DNA of 47,725 nt, the filler included, from Catajapyx aquilonaris (Eukaryota), in assembly GCA_000934665.2 (NCBI GenBank). It is 2 parts of 2 records of this genome, joined end to end, with 100 filler letters (N's around TTAATTAATTAA, not from the genome) between each part and the next. Parts side by side here need not be neighbours in the genome. Positions count along the whole stretch, not along the records: positions 1 to 23,855 come from JYFJ02005615.1; 1 more part is not named here. One strand, 5' to 3'. Shown in pieces: positions 11,381 to 22,369 of this stretch. Every line of letters begins with the position of its first letter. Within the stretch, counting starts at the first letter, position 1. Under the pieces are notes generated by a model. That model ran no database searches. It was not told the DNA's origin and worked only from the letters and a program-made list of their open reading frames with translations. Made by a program: the position numbers and the translations under genes.

Positions 11381-11680
11381 TCCGATGCAGTACACTACAG
11401 CAGTATAACAGATGCGGAGTCTTGAATCTCTTGATGCCACATCCAAGGTCATGAAAATTACATCTGCATTTTACTGTGGAAATTAATTTGCATCAGTTTT
11501 GTTCGACCACCAATAATTACACTTTCTTAATGTAATGTTAATATAAAATATAATATTCAAGGTACTGTTTTGGTGCAAATTTAATTTTGTGAATTCCGTT
11601 TTATTGCACACAATAAATTGAAAGATGCCTTACATCAATGCCACATCATTAATGTCACGATGGCTTCCAATCACATGCTA

Positions 11681-12360
11681 TTATTTATTTTATTATTTAT
11701 TAATTATTTATTTATTTTACCCCATTAGCTGGCCAATTGGCCATTTTATGGGGACACAACCACCAAGCATTACATTACATTAACCACAAAGTTGTACGCG
11801 TTTTGCAATATTTGAAAATAAAGAAAAAATAGCATAAATGTGGACTTTGGACAGATCTGCAAAACACAAGCGGCAACAATTCCGAAGATACAACAGAAAG
11901 GTCGCTCAAGTAGCTCTTTCGTGGGGTCTCGAATATTGGGCACTCGAATAATACATGGAGGGTCGTTGATTGAGTATTACAATAATTACACCAACTATAC
12001 ATAGTTGTCGTCACTGGTGTCGTCACTCGACACCTCGTGGTTGCAATCCCATGCTATTATACAGGGAAAATATGGGTTGCCTGTCTCCAATAATTGCGTT
12101 GCCATTTTCCTCTTAAATAAGGGCCATTGAAAAATAGTGAAGTTCGATGAAATCATAAACTCTAACTGGGGACTTATGAAACAATATTTTCTAGGTTTGT
12201 GCATTGCCCAAGTCCTCACTGACGAGCGAGGACGATATAAATTGCTTATTCAAGTGGGCAGTTTATTAACAGGCAATTTTCATCGGGGAATATCACTTGC
12301 ATGGAAAGCATTACGATGTTTGTACTGCGAGAGGACATTATTCATTATTTTGAGTAAGAT
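11681..12360 (-). mobile_element. 5'-truncated LINE 3' fragment (second family)
   Basis: Degenerate (TAAA)n tail at 11681-11718. Stem-loop CCCCAT..TGGCCAATTGGCCA..ATGGGG next to it. ORF 11775-12026 contains CNYCNTQSTTLHVLFECP (CCHC knuckle typical of LINE ORF2 ends). The segment is absent from the paralogous spacer at ~18105-18125. The 5' boundary is uncertain (12043 or ~12360). Confidence 0.75.
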
Positions 12361-12835
12361 CAATGTCGAGGTGACAGGAGATAATAATTATCCGATGCGT
12401 GAACATACACAACGTAGTAAAGAACAACAACGGACAAGCTTTCCTTCACATATGATTGTGAAATATCGCGTCATTTGTCATGTTTCAACATTAAGCCTAA
12501 AAATACCAGTATGCTTATAAAACAGGGTGGTGCACAAATGAAGATGATAATGATTACCTCTAAAAACATATGCCTTGTAAAAATAATACAATACCCGCTC
12601 CATTCCATCATGCGCAATCCCCATGGTATAGATTCCAATGATTGGTTAGATAAATATACTCACACATGATTGGATAAATGGATAGAGTTATTCGTCCCGT
12701 TTTACCCAACCCCCATTTTCAACAGCAAGACACTCTGTGCAAGCAAGAAGATGCAGTTTATGCGACACTGTGCCACATAATCCGACCATTATTTATTACT
12801 CTCCTTCAAACCAGCAACGGTGAAGGAAAATTATT

Positions 12836-14204
12836 TCAGTAGTTGTTCTCGGCAGACCTGAACTGGATCAGGATGACCAGATAAGTAGTGAGAGCCGCTG
12901 CAATCTGTAAGGACAGCAATACACCCTCAGGGCCACTTATCTCTTAAAAGTACCCAACACTATAATGCAAGTAAAGCACTTACAGATGTGAGAAGCCCTC
13001 GGTTGATGGTGAAGAAATTGGCTGCGGTGAACTGGACTGGAGGACCCAGCATCCTTTGGATCAGGGTCTGCACCTGTTAGGAGAATAATAATTATTAGTT
13101 AGTGTTTTGTTCAGTAGATGTGAATGACGCATGGCATCTAATGACCTGTTCTTGGGAGTAAGGACTCAGGCCGGATTTGCGAATTTTCATCAGATGGTCC
13201 AGAGGTCGAGTAGCCTGCAAAGATAAAGCGATTCCGGCAGAAATGGATTTCGTATTATTGAGTGCATGTTTACTTACTGTTTCACTCTGACCACATATCA
13301 AACAGGTGAAAATGGCCGTCATAAATATGTTGAATGTTACTACGAAAGAATTAATCATTCTGAGCATGAGAGGTGTCTCATGCCATGTGTCAATTGTACT
13401 GAATAATATTATTATAATTTCCAGGCAGATTCCCAGGTAGGAAACACATGCCGCAATTCCGAATGCATCGTTGACATCTGCACTCAGCTCGTAAAGCTCC
13501 AGATAAGCTTTGCCAGGTTTGGCAAAGGTGGCCTTGCAAGCCTCCTTAGCTCTGGTCAATTCTTCAGGTTGAGTAGAGTGAAACAGATCTTGCAGCGAGG
13601 CGCATGTCGTCGCAATTTCTTCGCAAACATGCCGAAACCTCCTTCCGATGGCAGACGCGAAGAAGAGAAGTTGACCTGCAGCCAGGTTACGTATTGACAT
13701 AAATTGGAAAAGAGCTAATGTTGGGATCAGCCCTGCAGTTTGAAAGAGGATGCAATAAAGACAGCCTTGCATCATCGTCATCCCCATGGAATGTGCGAGA
13801 GAGAATATGACTATTTTCCATGACAATTTCCAAAGAGAGTGGTTCACCTCCAGGTCTCCGAAAATCCCGTCCAAAGTGTGCAGTTTCCTCAATGTCCTGC
13901 TCATTTCGTCTCGTTTCTTCGAGAGAACTAGCAGGCTCACCAAAGGCATCAGTTGGATGACTCTGATCAAGTAAAAACTTGCCATTTGGTTGGTACTAGA
14001 TTGTGTCATTTCCTCTGCTGCAGACTTGAACATCCTAGTGGATAAGAAATACCCGGCCACGAAAACGATGATATTGACAGCAAGTGTCCACAGGTCACGT
14101 AAGGACGCTCTTCTGGGATGCCGTGGACATGTCCACAGCCCGAAGATGGCCGAACATCTGGCCAATGGCGAGAAGGCCCAAGACACGTCCTTATCTTGAA
14201 ACAT
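12836..14204 (-). CDS. Gustatory receptor GR-c, intact, ~384 aa (possible N-terminal extension to 14258)
   Basis: Exons 14204-13278, 13214-13146, 13073-12984, 12904-12836; GT-AG phase-0 introns; ends IAAALTTYLVILIQFRSAENNY*. Confidence 0.9.
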
Positions 14205-14748
14205 TCTCCACCACTTTAGTCTCTTTCTCCTTTTCCAAAGGGACATGTGCTTCATCATTAATAACACGCATTTACACTGACCCGACGATTAATTATTTTC
14301 ACTGCCTACTCCAGACAGATCGATGCTGTGACCACGACATTTTTCATGCTCAGAAACGTGTCATTTTGTTTAAGTTTAACACCTTTCCATATGGCGCAAG
14401 TAACTGCGCACTTTGTGGATTACGAAAACTACTCTGCCGTGTCATAAATATTATACTGTCACCATGACTGATGGCCAAGCGGGTGTGCCCCAATTTCGGA
14501 ATTAAGTTTTATATATGGTTCGAATGGGTATAAAGACCAAAATAATGTACGTGAACCATCTTTTATCAGTCCTTGTTGCTGATCGCGTTATTTTTTTCCT
14601 TGAACAAACCGTACCATACCCTCATAGGAAACTATTTTAGATGTTGTATGTGTGTGATGTGGTACTATATATCTCAAAAACATAGACACGATTTTGAACT
14701 ATATTAGTACAGTTCGTTCAAGGGAAAAATAATAGCCTCCATAGACAA

Positions 14749-15035
14749 GGCGATTTCGTCAGAGACAGGTGCACACCTACATGACATTTTCTCTACTTAC
14801 AGTTTCACTCTATCTGTCGTCACAATTTCTTCGGAAAAAGTGCTGAAGTCGCCTTCCATAAATGGAATACGCTAACAAGAGATGACCTGCAGACATGTCG
14901 CGTAATTTTCTTCCCCGCTTCACAAGAAAGAACTTGACCGATGTATTGTACTTTACTCTTCATGTGACGAGTCTTGATCAAAACGTCACATCCAAAGCCA
15001 TGAAAATCCGCATCCATGGGGAAATTACCTGTCAT
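14749..15035 (-). pseudogene. Heavily deleted GR relic (intron-1 donor, mid exon-1 piece, 5'-flank piece)
   Basis: Contains CTACTTACAGTTTCACTC (exon1/intron1 junction), AATTTCTTCGG..GATGACCTGCAGAC (the AAGQLL region) and TTCTTCCCCGCTTCAC / CACATCCAAAGCCATGAAAAT (5' flank of GR-b and GR-d) joined by large deletions. Confidence 0.6.
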
Positions 15036-15789
15036 TTTTTTTTGCAATAGTGCCCATTATTACTGTGTTTTCTTAAAGTGGGAACAATGTTCACAACGCC
15101 TTTGTATCGGAGTTTTAATTTTTAAAACTCCTTAATTTTTTAACCCACTCGGACACGTACCTCTTGTACAGCAATCTGTAGTAAAATAAAGGCGTCATGG
15201 AGAAGCAGTGTTGCTAAATAACCTAGTAAAAAATAACAACCGAATAAACCGAGTAACATGCAAACTCGGGACACTTTGGAGTTATGCAGCAAGGTCATGT
15301 CAAATGATCAAATTGTTTTTGAAATGCTGTTTTATTCCATCAAGTATATAGACTAGAATTTAATTTTAGTATTGGAACTTGTCGAATGTTATTGATAGAA
15401 TAATTATATTGTAAGAAAATATAGATCACTTTAAAGTAATATCGGGACATGCCAGGAAGAGTGATTTTAGGCCCTTATTACACATTTTTTGCAGTAAAAG
15501 GTAATTTAAATTTTTCTTTGTTTGCATGGGGAAATATAAGTGTCAACTGCATCTACAGATGTTTAAAAATAAACTCTCTCAGTCAAGCCATTTTTGAGTT
15601 ATTGTGCCGGGACATACCGTAGTATTGGTAAGTTTTTGAGAATCACACATAATTATGCATGACACGCTCGTATCGATACAAAGTACATCGCTCATTTTCA
15701 GTGACTACTTAATAATTACACCGGCACATTTATATAATGATGTCCGATGTATACTGTACTGTACAGTGTACATGTGCGGAGTCTTGATC

Positions 15790-15793
<4 letters not shown>

Positions 15794-15861
<68 letters not shown>

Positions 15862-15916
15862 TTGGTTTATTAACCCTCGCCCCCTGCGAGGTTCATACAT
15901 CCAATTGGGGGGGGGG
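15794..15916 (-). mobile_element. Extremely 5'-truncated LINE/SINE insertion (~120 bp) with (TTA)n tail
   Basis: Perfect 16-bp TSD GGAGTCTTGATCAATA at 15778-15793 and 15917-15932. The minus strand reads ...AACCTCGCAGGGGGCGAGGGTT AATAAA CCAAA (TTA)n. Paralogous flanks at ~11415 and ~17835 lack it. Confidence 0.85.
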
Positions 15917-16131
15917 GGAGTCTTGATCAATATATCACATCCATCATGAATATGACCTCAGCATTACTGTGGAAATTAAACCATAATTTCGTGCCCACAA
16001 CCACCAATGACAACTTATTTGATGAAACGCAATAATATTATTGAAAGATACATTACAAGGCCAGGGTACGGCCGCACGAAAGTGCGTGCTGACCATCTAG
16101 CTGACTATAAACCGAAATTAAGCTCGTTTAA

Positions 16132-17533
16132 TTATAATTGTGATGTAGAATTTTTGGACCCGTTCTCAGCAGACTTGAACTGAATGAGGATGACCAGATA
16201 AGTAGTGACAGTAGCTGCAATCTGCAAGAAGGAGCAATGTTCACATTCAGGCCAACATACGTATTATGTCTCAAAAATACCCAAGTAATGATTCAAGTCC
16301 ACTTACAGAGGTGAGTAGCCCTCGGTTGATGGTGAAGAAATTGGCTGCGGTGAACTGGGCTGGAGGACCCAGCATCCTTTGGATCAGGGTCTGGACCTGG
16401 TAGGAGCAAGTGGGACATTTAGTCTTTGCGGTCAATGGAAGGGATTCAGGGAATGATGCGTGACCTCTGACCTGTTCTTGGGAGTAAGGACTCAGGCCCA
16501 ACTTGCAAATTTTCATCAGATGGTCCAAGGGTTGAGTAGCCTGCAAAGAGAGAGATATTTCGTCACAAACAGGGTTCACACTCTTTAGTGCATGTCTACT
16601 TACTGTTTCAGTCTGACTGCTTACTGCGCAGGTGAAATAGGCCATCAACAATATGTCGAATGTTGGAAAGAAAGAAATACACAAGTTGGCCATAAGAGGT
16701 GTCACATTCCAAGTGTCAATGATGTAAAATACCGATATGACAATTTCAGTGCACATCCCCAGGTAGGAAATGCATGCAACGATTCCAAATGCCTTGTTCA
16801 CATCTACACTTAGCTCATAAAGCTCCAGGAACACTTTGCCAGGTTTGGCAAATGTGGCCTTGCGAATATCTGCAGGTTTGGACACTCCTTCATCAGGTTG
16901 CATGGAGTGAAACAGATATTGCAGCGAGGCGCATGTCCTCGCAATTTCTTCGCAAACATGCTTATACCTTCGTCTGATGGCAGTCGCGAAGAAGAGAAGC
17001 TGACCTGCAGCCAGGTCACGTATTGACATAAATTGAAAAACAGCAACAATCGGAAGCAACGTGGCTGTTTGAAAGATGCTCCAATACATACAGCCGGTGG
17101 TTATTGTTATTGCCAGTGAATGTGCGAGAGAGAATAGCACAATTTTCCATGACAATATCCGAAGAGAGTGGTTCACCTCCAGGTCTCCGCATATCCCATC
17201 CAAAGTGTGCAGCTTGTCCAATATCCGTCTGATTTCATCTCGTTTCTTCGAGAGAACTAGCAGGCTCACCAGAGGCATCAACTGAATGATTCTGTACAAG
17301 TAAAAGCCTGTCATCTGGTTGGTCCTTGATTCGGCCATTTCCTCTGCTGCAGACTTTAACATCCTAGTGGATAAGAAATGCCCGACAACGAAAATGATGA
17401 CATTGACAGCCAGTGGCCACATGTGACGTAATGACTCTCTTCTGGGATGCAATGGACATGTCCACAGCCCGAAGATGGCCGAATATCTGGCCAAGGGCGA
17501 GAAGGCCCAAAACACGTCCTTATCTTGAAACAT
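16132..17533 (-). CDS. Gustatory receptor GR-d, intact, ~392 aa
   Basis: Exons 17533-16604, 16540-16472, 16396-16307, 16221-16132; ends IAATVTTYLVILIQFKSAENGSKNSTSQL*. Confidence 0.9.
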
Positions 17534-18607
17534 TCTCCACCACTTTAGTCTTTACCCTTTGCCAACATACTGTAGCATACGCCTCGTCATTAATTATTGG
17601 TGCCTGCAACGAACTGTAGGATCAATTTCATTTTCGCAACCTTCTTTGTATTGTTCAGTGCATTGTCCACGACCATTCTTCCCCGCTTCACGAGAAGCAA
17701 CTTGTCATCTCAGGAATATAAGGACTGTTCCGTAATGCATGAAAAGTACGTCGCTTATTTGCAGAAGCTATTCAATTGCACCTGCACCTTTATAGATGTC
17801 CGATGTACAGTATACCGGTATTGTACACATGCTGAGTCTTAAATCTCTTGATCAATGTGCCACATCCAAGGTCATGAAAATTCAATGTGCAGCATAATTG
17901 CTGTGGAAATTAATTCGTATTATTGTTCGACAGCACCAATAATTACTATTTCTTAATTATATAATATAATATACAGTAACATATGTGACGATTAATATGC
18001 ACGATGCTGTTGTGGCCAATGCCCATTTTTGAATGCCTAATTGTCGCACAAAATTGAAAGATGCCTTACATTGCCACATCATTAGGGACACGAAGGCTTA
18101 CATTTCAATCACATCAATGTTGAAGTCACAGGAGATATCCGAATGCGTGAACATACTCCACGTAGTGAAGAACAACAACTGCCAATAAGCTTTCCTTCAT
18201 ATTATGATTGTGAAATATGACGTAATCTGTCATATTTTAACATCAAGCCTAAAATTACCGGCATGCTTATAAAACAGGGTGGTGCACAAACCAAGTTCAA
18301 ACCGATTACCTCTAAAACATATGACTTGTAAAAATAATGCAATACCCGCTCCAATCCAGCATGCGCAATCCCCATGATAGATTACTTTCCAATGTTTGGA
18401 TAGATAAAATAATAATGTACTCACACCTAATTATTGGATCGAGTTATTCGTACTGTTTTACCCAACCTCCATTTTCAACAGCAAAACATTCTGTGCAACC
18501 AAAAAGATGCAGTTGATGCGACACTATGTCACATAATCCGACCAATCGACCATTATTTATTATACTGTCCTTCATTCCTGCAACCGGTGGTGGGGTGAAA
18601 TATTATT

Positions 18608-19102
18608 TCAGTTTTTCTCGGCAAGCCTGAACTGGATCAGGATGACCAGATAAGTATAGTGACAGCTGCTGCAATCTGAGAGGGCGGAAATACACCCTCA
18701 GGCCAATTTAGTCTCAAAAGTACCCAACACTAATGCAATGCAAGTGCTAGTATAGCCTACACTTACGGAGGTGAGTAGCCCTCGGTTGATGGGGAAGAAG
18801 TTGGCTGCGGTGAACTGGGCTGGAGGACCCATCAGCATCCTTTGGATCAGGGTCTGGACTTGTTCGGAGAATATAATTCGTAGTCCTTTGGTAAGTCTTA
18901 TTATTCTCGTAACAGGTGCAGGCAATATCGTCCAAGTGGTTAAGAAATATCCGGCGACGAAAATGATGAAACTCACAGCCAGTGGCCACAGGTGACGTAA
19001 TGATTCTCTTCTGGGATTCAGTGGACATGTCCACAACCAGAAAATCGCAGAGATTCCGCCCCAGTTCGAGAAGACCCAAAACACTTCCTGATCGTGGAAC
19101 AT
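18608..19102 (-). pseudogene. GR-e pseudogene: most of exon 1 and all of exon 2 deleted, frameshift in last exon
   Basis: MFHDQEVFW...FVAGYFLTTWTILPAP runs directly into intron-2-like sequence and exon 3 (VQTLIQRMLMGPPAQFTAANFF). The last exon has a 2-nt TA duplication at ~18656 that breaks the TTY motif. Confidence 0.88.
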
Positions 19103-19943
19103 TCTCCTGCGATCTACAGTATTTCTCCTTTTCCATGAAGGAACACAATATGATTCTTCATTAATCATTCCCATTTGCACTGATCCAACGATAAATTATC
19201 CTGCCTACTGTGTAGAGTTTAATGGGTAGGCCCCAACACTCTTTCTGGGTTCAAGCTCAGAAACGTGTCATTTTGTTTTAGTATATGGCATGCCCACTAT
19301 ATGGTGAAAGTGACTGCGCGGTACTTTTTGAATTGCGAAAACTACTGTGCCTCATAATAAATGACACCATTGGTGTGCTTGACTACAGATTACATGATAG
19401 ATGGCCAAGCGGGTATGCTCCAAATTCCAAATGCATTTAAATGTAATCCTAATGGGCCTCACGACCAAAATGCTGTACATGAACCATCTTTTATTGCAAT
19501 GATGCATCCAGTCCATATTGTTGGCGGTGTTATTTTTCCTTGAACAAATTGTACCACAACCTCACTGGAAATGCAACACTTAAACCACCATTTATACCAG
19601 AGGATGGTTCAAAGACCAAGTTGAAACATCCATTGTAGTCTGTATTGGATCTTACAGGTGAATCTTAAGAAACTATACGTCCTACTCGATCAATCCCCAT
19701 GGCATCTTTTTATTTTACTGTAGATTCCAATGTGCAGATAGATAAAATAGTATAGTACTCATCATACATGATTGGATCAAGTCATTCATACCGTTTTACC
19801 CAACCCCCATTTTATAGCGAATCATTCCGTGTACGTAAGCATTGTATACATATCGTGTCATTCATGCGACATTGTGTCAAGTAATCCGGCCATTATTCAT
19901 TATGCCCCCCTTTTCCTGCAGCGAGTTAGGAAGATTGGAGCTT

Positions 19944-21312
19944 TTAAGATCTGAACTGGATCAAGATCACCAGATAAGGAGTGACAGTAGCTGCAATCTG
20001 CAAAGAGCAATACTCACCTTCAGGCCAATATAATATTATCATGTCTCAAAAATACCCGTGTGGTGCAAGGTGCACTTACGGAGGTGAGCAGCCCTGGGTT
20101 GATGGTGAAGAAGTTGGCTGCGGTGAACTGGACTGGAGGACTCAGCATCCTTTGGATCAGGGTCTGGACCTGATAAGAGCATGTACGATATGGGTAAATG
20201 AAAAGGAGTCACTTAATGATGCGTGAACTCTGACCTGTTCTTGGGAGACAGGACTCAGGCCCAACTTGCGAATTTTCATCAGATGGTCCAAGGGTTGAAT
20301 AGTCTGCAGAGACAAAGCGATTTAGTCAGAAACATGGTTCACACGTTCTTTAGTGCATGCATATACTTACTGTTTCAGTCTGACTGTTTACTGCGCAGGT
20401 GAAATAGGCCATCAACAATATGTTGAATGTTGCAAAGAAAGAAGTAAACAAGTTGGTCATAAGAGGTGTCACATTCCAAGTATCAATTATATAAAATACC
20501 GACGTGACAATTTCAATGCACATCCCCAGGTAGGAAATACATGCGACAATTCCAAACGCCTTGTTCACATCTGAACTCAGCTGATAAAGCTCCAGCAACA
20601 CTTTGCCAGGTTTGGCAAATGTGGCCTTGCGAATATCTGCAGGTTTGGACACTCCTTCAGGTTGGGTAGAGTGAAACAGATCTTCCAGCGAGGCGCATGT
20701 CGTCACCATTTCTTCGCAGACGTGCTGATACCTCCGTGGCTCCGTCCGATGGCAGTCGCGAAGAAGAGAAGTTGCCCTGCAGCCAGGTCACGGATGGACA
20801 CAAATTGGAAAATAGCTAATGTAGGGATCAGCCCTGCAGTTTGAAAGATGCTCCAATAATAACAGCCGGTGGTTATTGTTATTGCCAGTGAATGTGAGAG
20901 AGAGAATAGCACAATTTTCCATGACACAATTTCCGAAGAGAGTGGTTCACCTCCAGGTCTCCGCAAATCCCGTCCAAAGTGTGCAGTTTCTCCAATATCC
21001 GTCTGATTTCATCTCGTTTCTTAGAAAGAACTAGCAGACTTCCAAGAGGTATCAGCTGAATGATTCTGTATACAAGTAAAAACTTGCCATCTCGTTGGTA
21101 CTTGATTTGGTCATTGTCTTCGATGCAGACATTTATATCATCCAAGTGGATAAGAAATACCCGACCACGAAAATAATGACATTGACAGCCACTGGCCACA
21201 GGTGCAATAACGACTGTCTTCAGGCATGAAGTGGACATGTCCACAACCCGAAGATGGCCGAAAACCAGGCCAAGGGCGAGAAGGCCCAAAACACGTCCTT
21301 ATCTTGAAACAT
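19944..21312 (-). pseudogene. GR-f pseudogene, full length with nonsense codon and frameshifts
   Basis: MFQDKDVFWAF start at 21312. In-frame TGA at ~21220 (CPLHA*). 2-nt duplications at ~21072 and ~20926 and an insertion at ~20735. C-terminal exons recognisable; motif altered to TPYLVILIQFRS*. Confidence 0.88.
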
Positions 21313-21825
21313 CCTCCTTCCTACTGCTCTTTTTCATATGCCAACATAACATACGATCCGCTTTGTCATCCGCTGCTGCTTGCAATCAATTATTTCCGCA
21401 GCCCTCCTCTATATTAGTCCATGCATTGTCCACAACGATTCCTCCTCGCGTCAAGTGAAGAACCTCTCGTCCTCTGTGGGCTTTGTGGACTCAATCACTA
21501 ATGCAGACAAAGTACGACACTCATTTGCGAAGCCTATTCAATTGCACATGCATTTCAAAGATGTCCGATGTGCTATATACTGTATACAGGTACAGAGTCG
21601 TGGTCAATGTCACATCCAGGGCCATATAGATGGCATATGCGTTATTGGAGATATTAACTTGCTTTTTTAAAGACAGCAACATACTACGCCAATGACTCAT
21701 GTTTTTCTTAAATTGCTCCGTATGTTAGCGTTGCTCTCGTGGCGGAATTATAATTTTTAAGGATTGATTTTGTGACACACAGTTTTGAAAGATGTCTTAC
21801 AGGGCCACATCAGTAAGGACTCGAA

Positions 21826-22270
21826 AGGCCAAAACATGTCCTGAACATTTCCTGCACAGGAGTCTTTTTCTCCCTTTTTTTCTCCTTTTAGAGAGGAACG
21901 CTTGCTTCTCATTTACACTAAGATTACACTAACCTAATTATGTTTTAGACACGAGATTCATGCGTTAAAACGAGTCATTTGTCATTGTTTAATTAATTGG
22001 TGCCACATCTTTCCATCAGGTGTAAGTTACTGCGCACTTTGTGAAATACTGTTATTATACTGTGCTATAAATCATGGCATGGCTGTGCGTGACCACATGA
22101 TCGTTGGCCAAGCGGGTGTGGCCAGAATCCTTATTCAATATTGAATCCGGTCTCAAAGTGCCAAAACACCAAAACACGTGAGATATCTTGATTGTAATAA
22201 TAATTACATCCAATCCTTGTTGTTAGGTTTTTTTTTAAAAAAAATCCTTGAACAAATTTCTAGCACCACA
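21826..22270 (-). pseudogene. GR 5'-end relic with GR-c-type upstream flank
   Basis: GGCCAAAACATGTCCTGAACATTTCCTGCAC resembles the GR-a start region (7441-7480). The following sequence matches the 5' flanks at 14270-14620 and 19170-19570 (e.g. GGCCAAGCGGGT, CCTTGAACAAA). Confidence 0.55.
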
Positions 22271-22369
22271 CCATCAATGACAACACACCATCCAAAATGC
22301 CAAATGTGAAGTAATTCAGATAGTATGTGGTGCCTCATGACGAATCATTTTTCTCGAAACCCTCGAAGG

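Noticed and set aside
6624..21670. Recurring plus-strand ORFs (e.g. MECARENMTIF..., MATCDV...) repeated across the cluster
   Set aside because: They are antisense shadows of the duplicated GR exons.
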